From assembly GCF_018350175.1 (NCBI RefSeq), contig NC_058369.1:19098001-19162000 (forward strand): a DNA stretch of 64,000 nt, given 5' to 3'. Of this stretch, positions 46,191 through 57,250 are shown in pieces. Source of the DNA: Felis catus (lineage: Eukaryota). Position 1 is the stretch's first letter. Each line of letters opens with the position of its first letter. The notes below the pieces were generated by a model. It worked only from the letters and a program-made list of their open reading frames with translations. It had not been told where the DNA came from and did no database searches. A program made the translations under genes and the position numbers.

Positions 46191-46458
46191 AGGAAGAGAA
46201 GGGGGGAGGAGGAAGAGGGAGAAGGGGAGGAAGAAGAAGGAGGGGAAGAGAAAAGAGGAAGAAAAGAAGGAAAAATAGGGGAAAGGGAAGAGGGTGAAGA
46301 GGAGGGGAAGGCAGAGACAGGAGAGAGGGGAAGGGAAAGGAGGGGGGGCAAGAGAAAGAACAGGAGAGGGAAGAGGGAGAAAAGGAGAGAGGAGAGAAGA
46401 GGAAGAGGAGGGAATAGAAGAGGGAGAAGGGAAAGAAGGGAGGAGAGGACAAAGAGGG
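46191..46458. repeat. Polypurine (GA-rich) low-complexity tract upstream of the SEMA3F CpG island
   Basis: About 270 nt almost entirely A/G on the + strand. Confidence 0.92.
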
Positions 46459-46849
46459 CCCATGCCCCTTGGGACCTCAGCAAAGTGCATGGGGTAGGGC
46501 TCAGACTGTGGTCCTGGCTGGTGAGGCCATGGCCTTGGGGGTTGGGTTGGGTGTCTGGTCCCTTCCTGGGATCAGGGTAGGCCTCTGGCTCAGTTGCTGG
46601 GTCCTGGGGTCATCACGAGGCCATTTGAAAGCAAATGTCCCTTTTAGAAGAGGAGGCCCACCCAGCCTATCTGGCTTCTCTAGGAGTATGGAACTATAAG
46701 GGATGGATGCATCGGGCTGCTGGCTTGAAATAGGGCTGGACGTTGGGGAATCACAGGGAGCCCTTGAGTGAGTGGACAGAGCCGTGAGGCTGGGTTGCTG
46801 ACCTGGCCTGGGCTGGAGGCAGCGAGCAGGTCCAGCGATGCCAGTCGTC

Positions 46850-48090
46850 CCAGGGGCTGCACCGCCACCTGCTGAGCGGCTGGGGCAGTCCTGGGTCCTA
46901 AGCTGCGGGACTCACGCGCGGGGCCAGGCGCGGCCCGCAGCAAGTGGGAAGGAGTGACACGGCAGGGGGTGAGCAGGTGAGCACAGGCTCCTTGCTCCCA
47001 GGCGCGCCCGCCCTTCCCGCCAGGGAGTTGAGTGCCCGAGTAAACACCAGACGCGGTGTGCACGGTGTATCCACGGAGAGACAAAGCCAGGGCGGGGCGG
47101 GGGCGCCGCCCGCGAAGCCAGGGCGGGGGCGCGGGGTGCAGATTAGTCTCCCCTGGCGCGGGCTGCCCCACAGCCCGGGAGCCCCGGGCCCAGCCCGCGG
47201 ACAGGTGGAGCGGGGGCGGGGCGGCGGCCGGGCGGGTCCCGCCCCGGGGGTGGGGCCGGGCGGGGCGGGCGGGGCGGGGCCGCGCTATGCAAATGTCGCC
47301 CACGGGCGGCCAATTGCCGGCGCTCCCCGCGCGGCTCCGAGCGCCCCGTCCCGCCGGCGGCCGCGAGACCAGAGCGAGCGAGCGAGCGAGCGAACGGCCG
47401 CGGTCCGGCGAGCCCCGAGTGCAGCACAGGGCCAGGGCGCGTCGCGAGGAGCGGCGCAGCCCAGCGCGGCCGCCCGGCCCCAGTTCAGCAAGCAGGCGAG
47501 CACCACCGGGCCGAGCCAAGCGCAGCTCCCCTAAGCCTAGCGCGCGCCGTCGCCCGCGCCCCGCGCCGGGGAATGCGCCCTCGGCGCGCCGGCCAGGGGG
47601 CGCCCGCAGCCCACCCGGGGGGAGGCGGCCCCGAGCGCCCCTGAGCCTTCCCATGGCCCGGGCTGGGGCCCGGGGCCTCGGCTGCTGACGCGCCCGAAGC
47701 CCACAGAACCCGTTAAAACCCGGGCCGCGGCGTCGACCCCGGCTCAGGCACAGCGGCGAGAGGGCGCGGGCAGGGCCATGGCCCCGGGGGGCCGCTAGCG
47801 CCGGCCGGCCCAACCGGGAGCCGCTCTGCCGCCGCCCCCGCCGCCCGGGAGCCCAGGCCCCGCCGCCGCGGAGGAGGTGAGTGCGGCGGGAACCGGGAGG
47901 GAGCGGGCAGGGTGTCGGGCCACCCCGCGATCCCTCTGGGACCTGGGGCATTGCAACTCTGCGGAAGTGTCCGGGGCGCGGGGATCGGAGAGGCTGCGGG
48001 CTTCCCGAGGATGCAGGGGAGATAGGACTGGAGTGGGCGCCGTACCTGTCCGGGCTGCCTGTTCCCTTATCATCGGTGCGACATAGAGAT
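46850..48090. promoter_or_regulatory. SEMA3F: CpG island / SEMA3F promoter
   Basis: Very CpG-dense; repeated GGGGCGG GC boxes (47090-47280), octamer ATGCAAAT 47287-47294, CCAAT 47310-47314, (GAGC)n at about 47372-47392. Boundaries approximate. Confidence 0.9.
47340..47876 (+). other. SEMA3F: SEMA3F non-coding exon 1 (5' start approximate)
   Basis: Strong donor GAG|gtgagt at 47876/47877 inside the CpG island, upstream of the ATG-bearing exon. The TSS cannot be fixed from sequence. Confidence 0.75.
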
Positions 48091-51000
48091 GTATGGTTGG
48101 TGTGTCCTGCGGGGTCACCAGTGTGCAAAGCAACTTTTTAATCATAAGATTCTGAGTGGGTGGGTGCTCCCAAGCACCCCCCCACGTTCCTGGAGCGGAT
48201 ACCCCTTCTCCTGGGTCAGCTCTTTCCCACTAACGCCTCAGGCAGCGTTCTTCCCCTTAGGTGTGCCTGTTCTGCCTCAGTGTCCTGATCCAGATCATCT
48301 GCTGTAAGGGAAGCGCTGTACTGGCAGACCCCACGTGGAGGGTCCCCCAGATCAGCAAGGCAGGAGGACCTCCAGCCCTGAAGCTTTTCTCCGAACCCTG
48401 TGCTAGCCCCTTGACCCCCAGCTGCCAGCTTGGGTTTGCTTTTCCAGCAGGGAATCTTGCTTGAATTAGGGACCTGGTTGTGGGCTGTAGGTGAGGTAGG
48501 AGAGCCTGTTAAGCCCTCCCCTTTGGGCAGGCTGGGGCCCCAGTGGTGAAATGGGCAGGGGACACTAGGAGCTTGGTGGGCTCACCTAGAGCAAGTGGGA
48601 CCAGAGAGTGTCAAGGTAGCCCAGGAGTGAGGCAGGGCTGGCAGGATGGGTCAGCTGGAGCTAAGGCTGAGGGGCTGGCTGCTTAAATAACTTACAGTTC
48701 TTGAGATAACTGTGTTGAGAACACCAGCCCATGAACACCTCGGGGAGGGGGATTACCTGAAGGCACTGGTGTGTCCACCCTGGAGCTGGGCCAGGTTGTG
48801 GGTTACAGTTCTCCTGAATTCACCCAGGTTGTTTCCCAGAAGCCCCTGTCCTAGTTGCAGAGACCGGGGAAACTGTATTCAGGGGTTGGGAGGCTCATCC
48901 CAGCCCAGGGAGTCGGATAGAGCTGGGGCCTTTTCTGAGGCTGCACAGGAAGTGTGCCTAAACCCATAGGGTAAGGTGTGCTGGAAGGCAAGGGCACCAG
49001 GCAAGCCTACCCCTGCTGCTGCCCCTCAGTTCTGAAGGAGCCAAGCCCGGAAGTGCTAGGGTTGGGGGAGAGAAGGCCAGCAGCCTAGCCTCAGTGCCCC
49101 CCATGCTCTGTCAGGCATACCTTGAGGGGGAGGATGAAACTGAGCCCAGGTGACCTTGACTGGGAAACCCCTGACCATGAAAGGGGGGTTTCAATCCCAG
49201 CTGTGGTGGTGTAGCTCTGCTTCCTGGTCCATGGGTGTTGGGGGAGGGGGAAGCCAAGGAGCCAGAAAGGATCTGTGGCCTGCTTGGGGGTAGAGGGGAT
49301 ATCTTAGGGCTGGGGTGCTGTTAATAATTCCATCCCGTGTTCCCCCGCAGCCCCTGCTCCTGCCTCCCTTCCATCCAGGCAGTTCTCAGCTCTGAGGAGC
49401 TAACCTCCCTTCTCTGAGGCAAGCTGCTCACTGCCCCCCACCCCCCACCTCACTCTAAGCCTGAGAGGTCTGGATCAGGCCAGACGGTTCGACCACCTAG
49501 CCCCCTGCACTACCCCCAAGTGCCTCCAGACCCCCTTGTCTGGCCGCCCCTTCTCTGCACCCCTTGCCAGCCCCAGCTCCTCGGTTCTTTGTTCGAACGT
49601 CTCTCCTCCGTCCCTCCCTCTCTCCTCCCTCTCTCCTCCTCCCTCCCGCCTGCCTCCCTCCCTTGCTCCCTCCCGCCAGGCTTCTTTCCTTCTTTCTCTG
49701 CTCTCCTCCTGGTGGGCTCCCAGGTGGCGGTGGCTGTTCCTTCTCTGTCCACCCACCTGGTTCGCCTGACTGGGGGCTTCTCTGAGGCCGAGGCTAAGTG
49801 GAATACATCTAGGGGCTGGCAGAGGGGAAGCAGCTGTGGAAGTGCCCTCCCCTTCCTTCTCTCTGTCCCTGTCTTCCTCTTCTTCCTTCCCTCTTCTCTT
49901 CTCTTTTCCATCCCTCATGCGGCCAAAGAGGGAGCCTGGACTTGGGTCTGAAGCCCCAGCAGACTTGATCATCCCCCATTCACTCCTTTAAAGGGCCAGG
50001 GCATTGTGAGAGGTCCCTGTAGGGGCCCAGTGGGGCAAACCCCTCCACCGTCCTGGATACCTTGGGGGCTCTAATGCTGTCCTTGGTGACCCTGCCCTTG
50101 TTACCACCACAACGGATGCAGAAGAAATGAGGTTATTGGGGTGGGGGTGGGGGATGTGAGTTAACCTGAGCCCCCTGATACATAGGATCAAAGGTTTCTG
50201 AGGGACCCAGACTGTATCTTGCCCTCCCCAAGCCAGGACAGTGTTCCCCAGCTTCCTTGAGCCCCACCCCACTAGCAGGTCAAGTTCTTGAGCAAACACA
50301 TGCTTGTGAGGACATGTGTGGGCATGCAAGTGTGGACGTGTGTATATCCACAACTGTTAGTGGGGGCCTCCCAGGTGTATCGGAAGGTGATGGTGGCTGT
50401 ACAGCCCTTTCTCCTACCTGCCCCCTCTCACCAGAGCCTGCTATTCAGTCAGCACCAGCTTTGTGCCCCAACAGACTGGGGGAGGGGCTGGTTCTGTTCT
50501 CCCCTCCCCCAGCCAGTCTCCCCAGGAGGGAGCTTCTGTGATGGGTGGGGGATCTTGAAGCAACTTGAGAGGTGTGTCAGGCACTCTGGAGAGGGTGTTC
50601 CCACAGAGGGCACCACCTGGGGAATGGGCCAGGAGGCCTGAAGCTGCACTTCCTGTCTGAAGAACCACCAGTGGTTTGCCCTGGTAGGAGAGGCAAGGGC
50701 TCCGGGGCTCCGGGGGAGGTGGGTCTAGGGAGGCCTCAGGGTCTGTTGAGTGGAGCCTGACAGATGTGGATCCTGGGCCTTGCCTCAGCATATGGCAGCC
50801 AGTGCAGGGGATTAACAGGCCACAATACCTGTCACCCTACTCCAGGGTCCTAGAAATGGGCCTAGGGTCTTGCCTCCCATGGGAAAAGAGAATAGACAGG
50901 GCAGACCTGGAGGATGGGGCTCACACTGTCATTCTTGGTGCCCCCACCCCCAGTGTATCTGGGTAGGGGGGGTTGGGAATTGGCGCTGGGTTTTGCCGGG

Positions 51001-51876
51001 AGGGAGCAATATGTTCTGACAACTGGTGCTGGGCTGCGTTTACCCAACAGCCAGCCTGCCTGGGGAGACAATATTTGAAAAACATAGTATCAAAACTTGG
51101 ACCTGCTGGGATATGGGGGTTCTGAGGACACCGAGGTTGGCTCAGACCCCGCCCCAGGCCTGTTGGCCATCCCAGCTCCACTTTCTTTGCTCTCTAGAGG
51201 CAGAGCTGGAACTCACCTGGCAGCAAGTCCTTCTGTACATCTTACCTGGATCCCTCCTGCTGTGATTTCAGATTTTGCCTCCCCTTTTCTAGCTGCTGTC
51301 TCTCCCACTTTGGGCTGTCTGTGTGTGTCTCACTTATCCTCCACTCTCTCCCGTGCCTCTACCCCAGTAATCAGGTTCAATTTCCCTGTACTGGGAGGAT
51401 AGGTTTGGCTGGAGCAGGCAGGACTGGATCCATCTCTTCCTCCAATCCTTGAGGTGGGCGAGGGAAGGAGCAGCCCATTTGGTTGGGGGTGGGCACAAAA
51501 GAGAGAGCCTGCTGGGAACTGGAGGGGACTGTAAGATTGCCTGTTTCAGCAGGACCCTGTGAATGGAATTCAGGATGCTGGGGCGGGGGGCATTGTTTGA
51601 GTCTCCAGTGGCCCCTGTTAGCTCTGGTGACCCCAGGCTGCACCTGGTTGTTTGGTCTTCAGGCCCATTGGCTACACCTTCCCAGACAAAGGCAGGTACA
51701 AAAAAGTATCTCAAGTTTGCACACTGGGGCTTTCATGGTCCCAGGCTGAGGGTGTGAGCAAGGAGAGTTGGTAGGGGAGGATGCCCCTATCTGCCTTATA
51801 CATTTTGATCTTGGTTCCCCCTTCCCAGGTGTCCAGACAGCCGAGCCTGCTTCCTGGGCCCTAGGCCCCTCCCACA

Positions 51877-51988
51877 ATGCCTGTTGCTGGTCTTCTCCTT
51901 TGGGCTTCCCTACTGACTGGGGCCTGGCCAGCCACCCCCACCCAGGACCACCTCCCAGCCACGCCCCGGGTCCGGCTCTCATTCAAAG
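51877..51988 (+). CDS. SEMA3F: SEMA3F first coding exon (exon spans 51829-51988): signal peptide MPVAGLLLWASLLTGAWPATPTQDHLPATPRVRLSFK
   Basis: Acceptor ttcccag| at 51828, ATG in acaATG context, hydrophobic signal peptide and PRVRLSFK typical of class-3 semaphorin N-termini, donor AAG|gtaaga. RBM5-SEMA3F synteny agrees. The next exon lies beyond the window. Confidence 0.95.
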
Positions 51989-54900
51989 GTAAGAGGCTGC
52001 CTTGCCCTGGCATCCTCATCCTCTGTCCACAGAGCTTGGCCCGATGCTGAGGAGACAGGGAAGACAAGGCAAAAAAGACATATTGTGCAGCCACATGGGT
52101 CACCCTGGTTGTGTGGGTGGGGAGGGGAAGGACAATGGTAACTTGCCAGGAAAGGCTGGAGAACGGGCCACGTAGACATTTCAGAGAAGTCTCTCGAGTC
52201 TGGGCCCCTTCTGGAGGCAGAATGTGGGGTCTCAGGCTGGGTGGCCTAGGGTCTGCAGAGTGCCTTCCTCTGTGTGATAGATAATTGGGGAGAGAGAGAT
52301 GCCACTTCCTCCAAACTTGTGGAAGCCCTTCCTTGCCACAGCTCTGTGTCTGGTCCTGCCCTGGATGGTCCCTGGGGTGGAAGGGCAGATAGTCAGGCGG
52401 ACACTGAGGCCTCAGGAAGCTGCAGAGGCAGGACCTACTCTGCTGGGGTGTGGATCTCTAGATGGGAGAGGTTCCCAGGAATCAGGGAGGGTGCTGTTGG
52501 CTGTGAGGGGAGGGCAGGCTACCTGGCGAGTTCAAGGAGAACACATGATAAGAGACAGGTCTGAGCTCCTGAGATCCCCAATGAACACGTTGCTTTGGAA
52601 GTCACTGGAAGGTTTTAATGATGGGTTGGGGTCTGCAGAGTGAGAGGTTCCCCAGCTTCATTGCCTTTGTACCTCACCCACTGGCAGTGAATACACATGG
52701 CACACACTCAGGGTGTCCAAATGGCTCACTCACGAGCCACTTCCTCAAAGGTCTGTGTGATCAGAAGATTCTCCCCTCCGCCTGGGAAAAGGGGTGGCAG
52801 CCATGCTGGGATCTGGGGGATCTGGGGTCACTGCTGAGTTCTCCTCTGGCCCAAGGTCACTGTGTCCAGTGGGCTGCCCTGGGTGGGGCCCACTCAGCCC
52901 TGGCTGGCCAGATTTCCGGGCACACATATTGGGGTGAAAGGCTGGGCTGACTTTTCCTTCCTCAGGTTTGGCCGAGATCCAGCCTCCACCTCACCATGTT
53001 CCCACGTCCCCATGTCCCCATCAGAGCCCCTCCCTTGTCCTTATCCCACCATGTGAGTCGATGGGGGGAATGAGGAGTGCATTTCTGAAGATGCACCTGG
53101 AAGAAGTCCAGTGTGGGGCCTGTGGAATGGGCTGAGGGTGATGCTTTTGGTTGTAAGAGGACCCCTTGCCCCCAGGCCTGGGAAGGGGAGAGATTTATTC
53201 TGCCGTTACCTCCATGCTTCCCTGGTGGATTTCCTTAGAGCAGATTAATAAATCTTGAAGGGGCCTGGCCCCCCCCTCACTCCCTTCCCAGCCCAGGGTG
53301 CCGGCAGGGGGAGCAGAGCATCCCCTCCCCCCACCAGGGCAAGGGGGGTGGGGGCTTGTCTTCATACCTCTGGGACCCTAGAACCCAGACATACACCCTG
53401 GGTAGTATTTTTGTCATCACCCTGGAGACCTATGAGGGGAAGCAAGAGAGATAAGACTTAGGGAGTTCCTCTATATGCTCCTTTTAAACCTTCTTAGACC
53501 TCCAGAGACAAAGGGCCAAAGACTTTTGTTCCTGTTTTCCAGAGAGAGAAACCGAGGCTCAGGCAAGGGCAGGGCCAAGGTCGGGCAGGAGGCAGAGGCG
53601 AGGCCAGAAATAGAACCCTGGTGTCCTGGCGTTGCTGACGCCCACATTGGTCAGGTCGATTCCTTCTCAATTAGCTCTGAAGCCGACACCCGCAGTGACT
53701 AAAAGCCCAGCTTGCTGGCAGCCAGCCTATGGTGCTGACTGCTGTGGCAGCCTGGGGTGGGGCCATAGGGTGCCTGGGGCCACCCTATCCCAGGTCTCTG
53801 TGCCCTCACGCACACAGGCTTCCCGGCCCTGGATGACTTTCCCCATTCCCCACTTACCTCATGTCCTAGTTGTATGCTTAGAAATCACTTAATTTAGCAG
53901 ATACTTGAGTCCCTACTCTGTGCCAGGCCCCCATGCTGAGTACCAAGGGGTCTACAGTGAACAAGTCTCAATCAGAGTGGCTGAAAAGATAATGGACATC
54001 CAGTTGGTCAGTGCCACCTGGGAAGCCAGCGCTTACTGTGCACCAGGCCCTATGTATCCACCCCCCATGCTGGACCGTCTCAGCACAGTCATGTACACAA
54101 AGTGGCCCTTGGTGAAGAGTAGGTCCTCACTAAGCATTTACAGAGAATGGATACCATCGGCCATAGAAACTGGGATCTCACAGCCAGGCCAGGGACTAGA
54201 AAAGGGGTGGGGGGGTGGGTGAGGGCTTCTTCTCCCAGGCATACCTGAGGTTCATAGAGAGGGTTGCTCTCAGAAGCGCTGGTGGTCACTTTGGCTCTGT
54301 GCCTCAGTTTCTCCTTCTGTGCCTTGCCTGGATATAGCAGTTGGCATACCAGGCCCCAGGGACTCAACCTAGGCCCTCCCCCCACCCCCCGACCCCCGCC
54401 CTTGGTCTTGCTGCAGTTGGGAGGTGCTAGTTCCGGCCTGGTTGGGCCAGACCCTCCTGAGCCGGAGGTGCTGGCACGAGGGGCCACACTGCCCAGGGCA
54501 GCTAAAGGAACAAAGGCAGGAACTGGACCAGGCTTGTGCTTGCTGCCTGTGCATTTGCCTGGGCACCCCAGCCAGGCCAAAAGCTGAGAAAGTGTAAGGG
54601 AGAAGGGGCCCAAGGTTCAGTTAGAGTCCAGGTAGGGGGGGCTCCTATGGCCCATCTCCTGAGCTTCCATTAGCAACACAGCCAAGGTCAGGCAGAAGTG
54701 AGGGGTCAAGTGGGGAAGATTTCCAGGAGAGATGAGGTGTCCTCTGAGAGCTCATGGATGCTTGGGACCAGAGAGCCTGGACAGCAGGACCCTTTCCTCC
54801 ACCCATCCTTGTCTGGAGTCCCCTTAACCCCAGAGTCCCTGGCCAAGCCTAGGAGAAAAAGCTTTCCCTTCCCCCATCCTGAGATGACCCAAGCCAGGGG

Positions 54901-56989
54901 GCACCACCTCCCTCTGCAGCAGGGAGGTGTGAGTGCCCTGCCAGGTCCTTTGTTCAGCTTGGGGAATGTTTACTTTATCCCAGGAAGCCACCCCCACAAT
55001 ATGCAGCTGCCTACTGCCTGGGCTGGCTTTGGCCAGGACACGGGGGCCAAGAGGTGTTTGGTGGAGGAAAAGGGTCCTTCCTGTGATGACATGAGGTGGC
55101 TGGGCTACTGGGGAAACCAAGGCAGGAGTAGGGAGATAGAGCAGAAGAGTCAGGAAAGATGAAAATAATAGAAGTAACAGTAGGTACCCATGATGATAAC
55201 CATGTGGTGGTGTCTCCAAGGCCTGAGAGGGGTCTCCATGGGTTTTCTGTGAGGTTTCCTGTCACTCAGCAACAGCAGAGCCTGGCTCTGTCTGATGTCT
55301 GAGCTTGTCTCAGGACCGAGAGAGTGAAGGGTGGATTGGGGGAAGCAGGTATAGCCCTCTTCCATGAGCTAGGGACAGGGCTCCAGGATCCTGCAGTGCT
55401 GGCCTTAGCCTTCCCAGCCTCATTTCCTAAGGAGAGGGTTGAGGTTGCACTGGGCAGGCTTCTCATACCCTCTGCTTACAGAAGCAACAGCACTTGGGTT
55501 TGCTTATTTCCTGTAAATCCAGCCCTCCGTCATCCCAGTCCACTACTGATCAGAGTCCCCTAGGAAGCTGTCTCCTTTTGGAGAAGGAAAACAAGGGTCC
55601 AGGAGAGGAAAGGGCTCCTGTGTTCAGAGTAGCCCTGGAGTTTGGATCTTCTCTAATTCCAGGCATAACTGGCTTGCTCTGTGGGGAACGACACTCTGTA
55701 GGTGGAGGGTGAGTGGGTAGGTGCTGGTCACTGCCTATGCACCCACCCCAGCCCAGCCTCTGAGCCTCTGGGGCTAATGGCCCAGAATAGTGCCACTACT
55801 TACGTCATCTGCATGTGGCATCAGAGAACCAGAGTGGCCAGGTCTCCTTGTTAGGAAATGATGAGATTGGAGGTTAGGAGAGGTCATAGCCCGTTTACTT
55901 CACCCAAGGGGGGGATGAAGAGTGGGTGAATATGGGTTCAGGTGGAAGTGCCTTTAGCCCTGATGGAGCATTGCCCCACCCCCAGGCCTGACTGCACAGT
56001 GAGGAGTGGGGGATGTGCCCTTGCCTCCCCAGGGGCTCCCTGGCCAGCCAAAGGAGGCTAGGAGATTCAGAACACAGAAGAGGAGGTGTTGGGGAGAGGC
56101 CAGAGGTGGCACCAGGGAACTGGGTAGAGGTCAGGTGTTTCTGATAGCTACAGTGGGATTTGGAGCTAGCAAACTGGGGAGGGGCCGGTATTCCAGATGA
56201 GCCAGGAGGAGGGAGGTAGGAAGACCCAAAGCGTGAACTTGAGCCCAGATTCCTGCATTTAGGATCTCAGTTTTCCAGGAAATGGGAACTGCCTTACTCC
56301 TGAGAGGGGACTTGGAAGTGGCCACTTCGGGAGTTGGGAGGTCCTGGAGGCTGGCTGCCCCTCAGCTGGCCAGCAATTGGCGCGTGGAGACAATGGAGCA
56401 GGTCCTGGTACTTGCTGAGAACCTGTCTCAGGCCCAGCCTGAGTCAGCCAGTTCAGGGCTGGGGGCCTTCAGCTGTGGTCCTTCCAGGTCCAGCCAAGCC
56501 TCAAACGGGACCGTCACTAGCTGGGCCTCAGCAGCACAGGCCTTGTCTCTGGTTCCCTGGCATGACGCCCGCCCCTCCCTCTCTGGCTCCAGCTTCCCTT
56601 GGCACTGAGTGAGGAGCTGGTGCATGCTCAAGGAGTAAATCATGTTCCTTGGCAGCCCCCGCTGCTTCGTAATCGTAAAGAATTTAAAGAGAAACCGCCA
56701 AGATAAAAATCTCATTCTGGCCCATAAAGGTATCTTTCACTCTGTGGCTTTGGAGGCAGTGGCCTTAGAGTGGGCTCCTGGTTGTCTGCACCGTATGTAT
56801 GCACCTCCAACCCTGTGACCCCTCCAGGGGTGGCGGGGGGCCCAGAGGTTGTCTTCAGAGCCATGGGTACTTGGCCCCTGACCCCTGGGAGACCTCCAGC
56901 TCCTTCCATGGGACTTAAATTTGGTAGAATTTGAAGGTGGTGGTGGTTGAGAGGGCTGTCCCTGAAGGCAGACAAGCCTGCCTTCTACC

Positions 56990-57250
56990 TTTGTCAGCTG
57001 TGTGACCTCCGGCAGGTGGCTTAGCCTCTCCAGGACGTGGCTCCCCCTGTGTAAGGTGGGGACCACAGTGGCTCAGTGCAGGCAGCATCCTGAAGGCTTA
57101 GGCTGCTTTGCTTGCATCCTGGCCGTGGATAGATCTTGAGTAGTGAGCCTCTCTGTGTCCCTGCTGCATTGTCTGTAAAGTGGGGATAAGAATGGTTTTG
57201 GCCTCACTGGGAGGCCTCACGTGGGAGGATTAACTTTGTGAATGCAGTTA
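56990..57250 (+). mobile_element. MIR-like fragments
   Basis: CAGCTGTGTGACCTCCGGCAGGTGGCTTAGCCTCTC and TCTGTAAAGTGGGGATAAG resemble the MIR core. Confidence 0.5.

Noticed and set aside
46680..48128. 482-aa minus-strand ORF and overlapping 196-aa and 210-aa plus-strand ORFs
   Set aside because: They lie in the CpG island, where stop codons are rare; the products are R/P/G/A low-complexity with no recognisable domain.
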